In this document: piece by piece, positions 53,247 to 64,000 of the stretch
How the letters are laid out: each line of letters begins with the position of its first letter
Numbering within the stretch: position 1 is the stretch's first letter
Source of the DNA: Monocercomonoides exilis PA203
Lineage: Eukaryota; Protista; Preaxostyla
Direction of reading: 5' to 3'
NCBI GenBank assembly: GCA_001643675.2
Contig: LSRY02000014.1
Span: forward strand, 1,612,001-1,676,000
Length of the DNA: 64,000 bases
Notes under the pieces: generated by a model
What the model was told of the DNA's origin: nothing
The model's database searches: none
Seen by the model: the letters and a program-made list of their open reading frames with translations, nothing else
Translations under genes and position numbers: made by a program

Positions 53247-54812
53247 TTAATTTTGATCATCTTCTGCTTTCGTCCTTTTCACTTTGTGCTTATTTGCAAC
53301 AAGAGGTGTCTTCGTTTTCTTAAACAAATCTTTTTCCTCTTGCATTCCTTTCTTTTCATTGGATTTTCCTTGGGTATTTTGTTGGCTTAATTCACTCTTT
53401 TTGTTCAATGCTTTCTCTTTCATCATCTTTTCCTTCTTGTTTGTTCCCTTTTTTGGTGCTTTTGCTTCCTCTTTTTTCTCACTTTCTTTTTTATTTCTCT
53501 TCTCTTTCTTCTTTCCTTCTTCTTCTTCTTCTTTCTCCTCCTCTTCCTCATCATCTTCTTCCTCTTCTCCCTCATCACTTTCACTTTCACTCTCATTTTC
53601 TTCAATGATTTCGTGTGCTTCTTCTTCTCCATAGTAAATCGGAACTGCTGGCGCATCTACAGACATCAGATACATCGCTTTAACATTCACATGCAAAATT
53701 TGCTCTTTTTCATTTTCTCTCTCTTCTTTCCCCATCTCTCTCTCTTCCTCCTTCATTTCCTTTGGCTCTGATTTCACTTCTTGTGCTTTGCCAACGGATT
53801 TTTCTTCTTCTTCTTCTTCTCCTTCTTCTCCTTCTTCATTCTTTATCTTTTCTTCTTCACTTTTAACTTTGCCCTTTTTAGCTGCTGATTTCTTTGCTGC
53901 TTTCGCTTTTAGCTCTTCCTCTGTCAAAGGCTTTGGCGGTCTTTCTTTGATAAAAAGCTTGTCTGACGACGTCAAAAGCTGGTTCATAACAGCCAAAACA
54001 TTTTCTCCTAGTTTTTGTGCATCCATTTGGGTTGTTCCAACTTGTATGCTCCTTAAAAAAAGAGAATAAGTTTTATATGATCTAAATAATGTTTAAAAAA
54101 GATCTTGCCAAACCCTCTGACTCCTTTTGGAACCCACATATACGATGATGTTAGAACAGTGTCCACATTTTTTTGTGTTGTTTCTTTTGTTCCAACGCGA
54201 ATTGCAATCGGAACTCTGCAAAAAATACATTCAAAAGCTTTAAAAATGCAAAATGGCATTCTTCATACTTATGACGGTGATAAAATGGCTTTCCAGTTAC
54301 ACGAGGAAGTGCAGGTATAATGCGATCATCAGCAAGAAACAGATCGTAGGATGCAACAAGAATACGACGATCTTCATAAACTTTGTAATTATCTCTCAAC
54401 TTGCGAAGTGGAATGACCTAACAAAGGCAAGCTAAAATAGTTCCACAAACAAAAAAAATAAGAACCTTTTTGATTCCTTCGAGTTGCATTTCTTTTATCC
54501 GCTTTTTATCCTCATCTTTCACAATTAAACAAACATCAAGAGGCTCTCCAAATGGTTTATGTGGGACTTTTCTAAATATCGCATTCGTTCAATGTTACAA
54601 TTTTCAATGAGCACAGCAAGATAAAAAATAAATGATTTATCAACATACAAAATACGAGGCCTTAAAGGTGAAATCAATGGAACTCGATTCAATATGAAAT
54701 CAATTCGAATTGGACGAAATGCAGAAAATAAAGAAGATCCTCCCTTGTTCCCTTTGTTGCAATGTTGTAAAAACGTTTTGCATGTTTTCAGCACAATGGC
54801 TTCATTTTCCAT
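53247..54812 (-). CDS. RSL1D1: Ribosomal L1 domain-containing protein (RSL1D1/CIC1/UTP30 family), multi-exon
   Basis: LRDNYKVYEDRRILVASYDLFLADDRIIPALPRVTGKPFY, SIQVGTTQMDAQKLGENV, and a K/E-rich tail. Confidence 0.85.
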
Positions 54813-55170
54813 TTTTGATAATTTGCAAAATGTGGGTATATCCCAATATCGTACTTTTCGAAAAATTATTTTCAAAAAAAATGTTAACTCTACATAAAGT
54901 TTTCTGTGATGTTCAAACTGAATTAAACATAAACAATATTAACTAACAAAACACTCTGAACTTTTATAATTTTGAAACAAACAAACAAATATGAAAATAA
55001 GCAAACAAACATAAAAAAAAAATAAAAAAAAACTGTATTTAAAACATATTGGATAAAAAAATATAAATAATAATGTATGTTTCAATATTCATTTACAAAA
55101 TGGGAATAATGTGGATTAATTAAAATTAACATTACATATATAAAAAATAATTTAGCTCATTTGAATAAAC

Positions 55171-57383
55171 TCACTTTATTCTCATTTTCTCAATTTTAAC
55201 CAAATCCTTCTTCACTGCTCTGACACCTTCATCGTAACCTCTATCAAAACGTACCCATTTTAGATACGTGAGTAGGTCAACTATATCTGTGCAACCTTCT
55301 TCTTCAAAAAGCTCTGCTAATTTCACACACCGTATAACAGCCATTTTCACTTCATTTGTGCTATATTTTTTAAGAAAGTCATTTTTAAACCGAAAAATTC
55401 CTGATTGCTCATCCGATGAGTTCTTTTCTTCCTCCAATTGATTGCTGAGATACGATAACATTTCCACATACATTTCTGTTAAAGTCGTCACAAATCTTCT
55501 CAGAATATTCAATCGGACAAACAATCCAGTGGCATACAGAACAAAATCGAATGCACCTGAAAATACTTCTGGATGCTTTGAGAGCTCAAACACGGCGTGC
55601 TTTGAATCCAAAATTCCATTCAAAATTACGTTCAAATAGCATTTCCACGAATGCTTTGCATATTTGATTGCAGGGGGCAAGTCATGATTAGACATAAAAT
55701 GTGAAGAGAAATGAATCGTGTTTTTCTTCACAGCACGCAAACAAACAACCAAAAACTCCCGAAACTCCGGAGTCTCCGCAAATCGCACTAAATTCTTCTT
55801 TTTTTCAATCAAAGTGGTTATAAATCTCACAACTGATGACAACGGATCACAATATCCACGCTCTTCTACATATTCAGTGAGTTGAAGGAAGGCCTCGAAT
55901 GACAGCCTTCTTTCAGCATATCCAGAATAGTCAACGTTCACTGGGTTCAAGTAAAACCCTCTTTTCTGCACCAAAAGGGGCTGAATACACACAAACGAGA
56001 GCGGAATAAAACAATAATTTGGAGCTGATTGGTGACGTAAGCAACTTATCCGGCAAACAGGTTTCGTTTGTTTTCTTTCTCTTGTTTCTTTGCCTTTCAG
56101 CTGACGAACTGAAGAATTCACATTCTTTCCAGGATTTTGCAATGAAACAGCTTTGCGCCCAGAAACAATAGATTTTGTGCTTGTTGAGCTTGAAATCATA
56201 ACTTTCGAGATTGTTTTCTGGGGAGACAATAAAACAGATGATGAGCTTGCAGAACTTGTTGGTTTGGCACGTAACACTGAATTTGACGCTGTAGAAGAAG
56301 CAAGAATTGAACTGGTGCCTGATGACGAAGCAAACTGCCCTGATTCGCTGGCATTTAACGAAGAAGATTGCTGAGTACACTTGAAACCATCTTCAGGTGA
56401 CTTGTTGAACCATTCTCTTGCAAGCGAATAACATAATTTCATTATCATTTGAACTCTCTCTTTTCCAAGCAATGCAATTGGCTCATAATCATAACCAAAA
56501 ATAGAATTTAGTGATTCAAGGCACAACCATTGATGCAACGGAGGAAGAGAATATGCATTGCTCAGCAAAGAATCGAAAATTTTATCGCCTTTCTTTTGCT
56601 TTATTAATTCACAAACTGAAATGCATATCAACAGAAATTGATAAATCCAAGTGATCATAAAATCATTAAACAATTACAAACCGTTCCATGAAAAATTCAA
56701 AAAGGAGAAGCACGTAATAAAAGAGTCTTCTTCGTTTAATGGTTTATTCATAAGAATTTCAAAAGTTTCAGCAATTGTACTCGTTTCTTCAAATGACAAA
56801 TCGAAACCAACCATTGCCACAATGCGCGCAATTACGTTTTTCAAGCGCTGAGGCGTTCTTCGCGAAACTATTTGGTTCAGAAGTATTTTTTTCATCTGAG
56901 AACGCTCAAAAATAGATCTAATTTTATCTTCGTAATATAATGAGCACGAAGACGACGCTTTAAAAGCAATAAGCTCCAAAAGGGAAAGAATTGAACTTTT
57001 TAATTCTATTGAAGGATTTTCAATATAAGTTGAAAGCATTCCAAAAGAATTAGTTGTTAATTTTTGAGCTTTACAAAGAGGAATGCTTGCCAGACGCATT
57101 CCAAGCTGCTGAATAATGTCTTGTTGAACTTTTTCAATATTCTTTTGTGTAAAATTATAAATTGTCTCTTCAAAAGATAATTCTTTTGTTGAAGTGCTTT
57201 CAAAATCTTCTTCTTTTTTAGCCCTTCAAATCTATAAAATTATTTTTGTATTTGCGAAAAACCAATATCAAACATTGTATAAATCCACTGGCTGGAAGCT
57301 TTTAACTTTTTATCTCAAAAAAGATCATAAGCATAATAAAATAATTTAACTTTAAGGTTTTGCACATATTTTTTTGCTTTCAT
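55171..57383 (-). CDS. Hypothetical helical (ARM-like?) protein, multi-exon; start uncertain
   Basis: ORFs 56674-57099 and 55171-56673 are joined by a gtttgt...ttcag intron; the frame stays open upstream to ~57230; no diagnostic motif. Confidence 0.65.
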
Positions 57384-58095
57384 AATTGTATTCCACACAA
57401 TAATTTTTTTATCATTTTGTTTATACAATTGTCAACTAATATTTCTTATTCGATGAGCAAAGTTGCAATTACCATAAAAAGATTACAGAAAAAGAAAAGA
57501 AAAGATAATTGATTTTTTGTTAAAAAAGGAAAAATATTATCCACACATAGTTTCTATTGTCGATAAAGATTGTGTTTAATTGAGAAAATAGGAACATTTT
57601 ATTTTTTCTTTTTGAAGATAATTTATGCAAAAATTTTGCAATTTTGAAAAAACAAAGATTTTTTCCAAACTTTTTCTGTAATCTTTTTATTATAAATCAA
57701 CCGAAATAATGTAAAATATTTTTCAAAATTCAAAATTTTCTTTAAAAATTTTAGAAAATATTGAATGGAACAAAATACACAAAGTGAAAAATTACTTCTT
57801 TCTTTATATTTGGATGAAAATTTATGATGGGCAACAAAAAAGAAAAAAAGTTTGCCCTTCGGGGTAACTAACATTTATTTCAATATATTTACCCTTCATT
57901 AACTTGACAATTTTTTCATTGTCTGGTTGCGTGTATAGAAACCAATAATTTAGGGATTTATAAGTTTTAATTTTTTGTTTTTTAATTGATTCAAAACATT
58001 GGGTTTCTCAAACAGTTACATTTTTAAAAACAATTGAACACATAAAGACTGTTTCTGTTTATTAGCTTTTGCATTCTAAAGATAATATATGAAGA

Positions 58096-61000
58096 ATGGA
58101 TTACTCAACTCAACATCTTTTATCGTTTCTAACATTCAAAAAGGGAAAGGAACAGTTTAATACCAAAGATCAGCAATTAAAAGACAATAAATCCACCGCT
58201 ACATGCTTAAAATTTATCGAAGAATTATCATCACTTCTGAATCATTCTTCTCATTTTTACAAGATTCCACCTCTTCAAAAGAACATTGTTGCTTCTGCAG
58301 ATAAAATGACAACTTTTACGCATGGCCAGATGGAATTTTTAAGTAAAGAAAAAATTGAGCCAATAAATTCAATTTGTTCAAAATGTGCTTTTTTTCAATC
58401 TTTATATAAGCCCTGCTCGTCAAAAGATCTTCAATTAAGAATTTTTCAATCAATTTCTTCAAAATCAATTCGCTCGTGCAAATACGCAAAGCACTTTGAC
58501 GGACATATCATAATTGAGGAGGATAATAGATATGGCCCACAGGATCAAAAAGACTTCAAATTGTTTTTGCCGATTCTTTCACAAATCTGGTTTCATTCAG
58601 GGCCGCTGTCTTTCTCTATGTCACCAGTTCACCATGCGAATAAATTGCCATCTGCGCAAGCACTTTCGCTGAATGAACGCTCTTCGTTCAGCAGATACGG
58701 TCCCAGCTACAGAATTCAGATTGAGCAACCAGAAGATGACGACGAAAATGACGAAGTCAGCGAAGAAAAAGAACGAAACGAAATCAAAAAAGAAGGGAAA
58801 AAATCAGAAACAGAACCTGCAAACATTAAAGAAAGAGCCAAAACCCAACGAGAAGCAGTAGAAGACAACCCATTTGCCAGCCGAAGAAGCACCAGCAGCT
58901 CGGAAGCACGTGAAATATGCGACAATTACAGTGAGTTTTTCAACAGCGAATATCGATGTGTCAGAACGGGAAGAGAAGGGAGGGTGCTGCTGCTGAAGAG
59001 GAAGCAGGCAGATGTGTTCCGCACAGAAGAGGAAGACGTCCTCGAGGCAATCGAGATGAAGATACTGTCAGCGGCAACGCTGGTGAACTTGTTCCAGACC
59101 ATATGCAATGTGATAGAGGCGTATGTGGAATTGAAGGGGAGGAAGGAGAAGAAGGAGAAGGAGCAAAAGGAGCAAAAAGAGCAAAAGGAGCAAAAGGAAG
59201 AAGAGGAAGAAGAGGTAAAGAGGAGCAATTGCGAGAATTTTTCTTCTGCTTCTTTGCCTTTTAATTCTTCGACTGAACGAAAGATTTCGCATTCTTTTTC
59301 TTCTTCGTCATTCACAGAACAAAAATTAGAAGAGACCGAAATTTCATCAAAATCAATTTCTTCTTCTTCTTCTTCTTCAATAAAAGAGTTTTCATCATCA
59401 TTATCATCTCTATCTTCTTCCCCTTCCCCTTCTTCTTTCTCCTCCTCTTCTTCTCTTTCTCCACAACCCCCTCATCCCCTCTCCCTCCAGCTCCTCACCG
59501 CCCTCCTCACCATCCCTTCCCTCTCCTCCCTCCACCTCTGCCTCTCCTCTTTCGTCCAAGCCACTTTAACTCCCAACCACCTCCGCTTCTTCCGCGACAC
59601 ACTCCAAAGCGGAAACCGCTTGCTCAGCACCCCCCACGCCGCTTCCACCCTCGCCCGCGCTGTGGAGCTGCTGCAAACAGACCCGGCTGTCATTTCCTCT
59701 GCCTCTTTGTCTCTTTTCCAGGCAGTTCTGGCTGGGTGGAAGAAAGAGCAGAGGATGAGCGCGCTGAGGGCGTCGTACAGGCAGACAGCGGTGTGGGAAA
59801 GAGAAGCGACGCTGGCGCTGTGTTTTCTGAGAGACAGAGAGAAGATGAGTGCGATGGCAGTGAAGAGGGGCCATGTGAAGATGAAGGAGGAGTTTGAGGA
59901 AGAGATGGAGGAGAGCAGGGTGCTGAGGCATTCGTGGGTGAAAGGGCTGATTCGATGGCCTTTCTGTGCAAGTGGAGGGGAAAAGGAGGAAGTGTGTGAA
60001 AGGATTAGGATGGGTTTGAGAGAAGAGGAGGAAGAAGAGGAAGAAGAAGAAGAGAAAAAGGAAGAGGAGGAGAAAGAAATTAAAGAAGAAGAGGAAGAAG
60101 AAGAAGAAGAAACAAAAAAAGAAAAGAAAATGAAAAACAAAAATCAAAAGAAAATTAACAGCAGCAGAAGTAACAGAAGCAGAAAATCAGTTCTTTTCAG
60201 TTCTTCTTCGCCTCCTTCTCATTTGCGACACATTCTCTTTGCCAACATTCCTTTGAAGCAGAAAACAAACCCAAAAACGAATGCTCTTTCGCTCCTTTTG
60301 AAGAAAGAAGCATCAAATTCTTTGATTTCACCTTCAGCATCGACTCAGATGAAAGATATTTCGCCTTCATCCTCTTCTTCTCCTTCTCCTTCTCCTTCTC
60401 CTTCTCCTTCTCCTTCTCCTTCTTCTCCTTCTCCTACTACTTCCTCTTCTTCTTCTTCTTCTTCACATTCATCATCTTTTCCTTCTCTTCCTCTTCCTTT
60501 CACACCAGCACCGTTTCAAACATCAGCATCTTCTTTATCTGCAAAGCCGTTATTTACACCCTCACCTTCTTTTTCTTTTTCTTCTTCTCCTTCTCCATCT
60601 TTAAATCCAACATCTTTTTCCACATCATCATCAACAACGCCTTCTTCATCTTCTTTCATTTCCTCCTCCTCCTCATCATCATCATCAACGTCAACTTCTT
60701 CTTCTTCTTCTCTTTCTATTTCAATACCAACAATTGATTCTTCTTCACATTCGCTTCATTCTTCTTCCTTCTCACTTCAACCTCAATCACAACATTCACT
60801 TCAACGAACACCTTCTCCTTTATCTTCTGATTCACTTCACATTTCATCATCATCTTCTTCATCATCTCCTCCTCCTTCTCTTGCGCCGTGTAGTTCACCT
60901 TCACCTTCACCTTCTTCTCATTCTCCTTCTCCCCATCTCTCACAATCAAACTCTTCCTCTTCCTCTTCCTCTTCCTCTTCCTCTTCCTCTTCCTCGTCTT

Positions 61001-61283
61001 CTTCCTCCTCTTCCTCTTCTTCTCCCCCTCCCTCTCTCGTTCTCTCTTCCCTTCTCAACCAACAAACTTCCACCATCATCACATCTTCTATTTTTCAATC
61101 TTCTCTTTATTCATCTCTTCCTTTCGAACATCCTCTTCTTCCTTCTTTTTCTCTTGTTGCCCATCTCGTTCACGTTTGCTCAAAACAAAGGAAAAGAAGC
61201 GAAAACGAGCTGTTGTGTATTGCTTTGATATGCGATGTTTTGTCTTCTTCATTTTTTGTTTCTCATAATTCTTCTTCTTCAAT

Positions 61284-61314
<31 letters not shown>

Positions 61315-63561
61315 CCTTCTTCACCAAGAAATGTCTTTTCGAAGAACTATATGTATGTTGATGCATCTCTCTATTTGTCTGTTTATTTGTTCTTTTTGGC
61401 AGCACAAAAGTTGGACAAGCTTTTTTCTGTTGTTTTGGATGAAAGATACAAACCTTTTGAGAAGGAAAGAGAAGAATTTGGAAGAAGAGAAGAAGAGGAA
61501 AGAGAAAGAGAAAGAGAAGAAGAAGAAGATAAAAGAGAAGAAAGAGAAAGAGAGAGAGAAAGAAAAAGAGAAGAAGAAGGAAATGAAAATGAAAATAACA
61601 ACAAAAATGAGAAGAAAGATGAATTTTGCAGCATTTCTTCAAGCGACGAAGCAATTTTCAATCAGAAATCTGAATCCAAAATTTCGTCAAAAGAAGGAAA
61701 GAAATTAAAACCCAGTGAAAAGTTCGTTTCTTCATTGAATTCTGTTTGTTGGCCAACAGAAATCAAAGAATTTTCATCAAAAACAACATTTTCAGATACA
61801 ATTTCCTATTTTAACCACAAAAATTACCTCAAAAATAAGCCTTCTTCTTTTTCTTCTTTTTCTTCCTTTCCTTCCTTTTCTCCCTCAGAAATCAAAATTC
61901 GAATCAAAAAAATTGCGAAGGAGGTTGAAGAAGCAATGAAAATGAACAGCATGTGCGAATTGCATCAGATCAATTGCTTGCCAACATTTGGATACAGAGT
62001 AAAAGAGCTAGCTGAAGTTATTGAGATTTTAAGAGAAGCTGAGAAAAAAATTGCGATTTCAGCGAGAAAAAGAACAACTTTGCCACTTTTGAGCTTGTTT
62101 TGCGCTTTTTCTCATTGTTCTGATGATTTCAGGGTTTCTGGCTGTTATGACGATGATTTTGTGTTGGACTACAAGTATTTCTCGTCTCCTTCTTTGCCTT
62201 TTGAAGATAAAATGAAAAAAATTGGTGGTTTTAAAGAAAAAGTTGCATCATCATCATCATCACCTTCTTCTTCTTCTTCATCTTCTTATTCACCTTCATC
62301 ATCATCATCATCTTCTTCTTCTTCCTCTTCTTCTTCTTCTTCTTCACCATCTTCTTCCTCTTCAATGTATTTTGTTCTTTCTTCTCTTCTTCTCTTCAAT
62401 CAACCTGCTTTTCTTCTTTCTTCTTCTCTTTCTGTTCCCTTTTCTGCTGTTGCAATTGACACGAATTTTGCTCTTTTCAATTTCTTTCCTTCTTTTTGTG
62501 CGAATCGCAATTTCTTCAAAGTTGGAATGAGGTTTTTGAATTCGAAAGAAGTGAAGAATTTCAATGGAAAAAAAGGAAAAAGAAAAGGAGAAGGAGAAGG
62601 AGAAGGAGAAGGAGAAGGAGAAGGAGAAGGAAATAAAAATAAACAAAATTCTGCTTTGTTTTCGATGCTTCTCTTGGCATCTTATTTGAACAAACAGAAA
62701 ATGAACGGAAAGGAAAAATGTGAAATAAATGTGAGAAAGAAAGAAATATCAAAGAAAGAGTTACTTTCAATGAAATGGAGAAATCCTAATGAAAATTTGA
62801 AAGAAGATAAAAAGGAGAGAAATGAAGAAAGAGAAGAAGAAAGAGAAAGAGAAAGAGAAAGAGAAGGAAAAGAAGAAATAAAAGAAGAAGAAGAAGAAAT
62901 GAAAAATAAGGAAAAAGAAGAAATAAAAGAAGAAATAGCAATCAAACCCAAAAGAAGAGGAAGGCCGCCAACGAAACAAAAAGAGAGCGGAAAAGAAGTT
63001 TTGTTCAACAAAAAGGGAAAGAAAATAGTTGAAGTCAAAATTAATGATGGAAACTTGGCAGATTTGTTTGCACAAGCAAAAGCAGCGATGATGACGACGA
63101 TGACAGCAACGATGAAGATGAAGGAGAAGATGAAGCAGAAGACGAAGACGAAGGCGAAGAATGAAATGGAAGAAGTGAAAGGAATGAAATGGAAGAAAGA
63201 AGAGAAAAGGAGTTTGAAAAAGGAAGAAGAAGAAGAAGAAGAAGAAGAAGAAAAGGAGGAAGAGGAGAAAAGAGAAGGAGGAGGAAGAGGAAGGGGAAGA
63301 GGGAGAGGGAGAGGAAGAGGAAGAGGGAGAGGAAGAGGGAGAGGAAGGGGAAGAGGAAGGGGAAGAGAAACAGAAAATGAAGAAACAAATGAAATAGTTT
63401 CGAATGAACAAGATGATTCAAATGATTTGAAAGACATGCCAAAAGATGAAGCAAATTCTGATATTTCTAATTCAAACATGCAATCAACAAAGATGAATTC
63501 TGAATTGCCTTCCTCTTCCTCTTCCTCTTCCTCTTCCTCTTCCTCTTCCTCTTCCTCTTCT

Positions 63562-63602
<41 letters not shown>

Positions 63603-64000
63603 TTCTTCTTCTTCTTCTTCTTCTTCTTCTTCTTCTTCTTCTTCTTCTTCTTCTTCCTCCTCCTCCTCCTCCTCCTCCTCCTCCTCCTCCTCTTCTTCTT
63701 CTTCTTCTTCTATTTTCAAATCCAACATTAATCAAAAAACCCCTCAAAATGGCTTATTTTTCGGAAAAGATGAACAAACATCTTATTCGATGAAAGGAAT
63801 AATTGATCCATACAAACACATGCAAACAGAAGAAATGAGGCAAAATCCTTCTTCTTTTGAAGACGAGCATTATTTGCCTTGTTTGAAAGGAAGTTGTTCA
63901 GATTGTATTGTTGATTCTTCTGATGTAATAGAAGAGAAAAAAGTGATTCGAAATGAAGGGAAAGAAGAAGAAGAAGAAGAAGAAGGAGGAGGAGGAGAAA
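58096..64000 (+). CDS. Giant (>1,960 aa, runs off window) low-complexity protein with AT-hook and RG repeat
   Basis: Frame 1 from ATG 58096 (MDYSTQHLLSFL) reads sensibly at all spot checks to the window end, and the track lists no terminated ORF in this frame. KPKRRGRPPTK at ~62944-62976, (RG)n at ~63270-63366. Confidence 0.8.
63511..63711 (+). repeat. Coding (TCY)n tract encoding 67 consecutive serines
   Basis: Tandem TCT/TCC codons in frame 1. Confidence 0.93.

Noticed and set aside
51705-54812. MAF1 and RSL1D1 (plus TRM11) as a functional cluster
   Set aside because: Adjacency of housekeeping genes is expected by chance; no synteny evidence is available.
56600-56690. In-frame TAA between two ORFs as stop-codon reassignment (TAA=Gln)
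   Set aside because: The TAA lies inside a GT-AG intron, and other genes here terminate at TAA.
58673-63747. Minus-strand and off-frame ORFs, including the poly-Glu 348-aa ORF at 62682-63728
   Set aside because: Shadows of the frame-1 plus-strand giant ORF.

Overview
AT-rich, intron-containing eukaryotic DNA in the standard genetic code (genes end in TAA/TGA; short GT-AG introns). Extreme GAA/TTC low complexity and a giant beta-helix/TM/kinase-like gene suggest an oxymonad such as Monocercomonoides; this is an inference. The main feature is an apparently intact ~4.7 kb DIRS1-type tyrosine-recombinase retrotransposon (36772-41471, minus strand). It has a gag-like ORF, an RT-RNaseH-MT ORF and a YR ORF, very short inverted termini, a terminal hairpin, and an internal complementary region that exactly matches both ends. 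It sits at an AAT trinucleotide inside a ~4,100-codon Pmp-like beta-helix surface-receptor gene, and removing it in silico restores the host reading frame exactly. Other genes are TRM11, a PHO80/U-type cyclin, a vWA-only copine/RGLG-like protein, a J-domain protein, MAF1, an RSL1D1/CIC1-like protein and an unknown helical protein. Two giant low-complexity ORFs run off the window edges and are missing from the ORF track. Two adjacent Tc1/mariner-style MITE-like elements and a decayed coding-like region lie at 25.8-30.5 kb.
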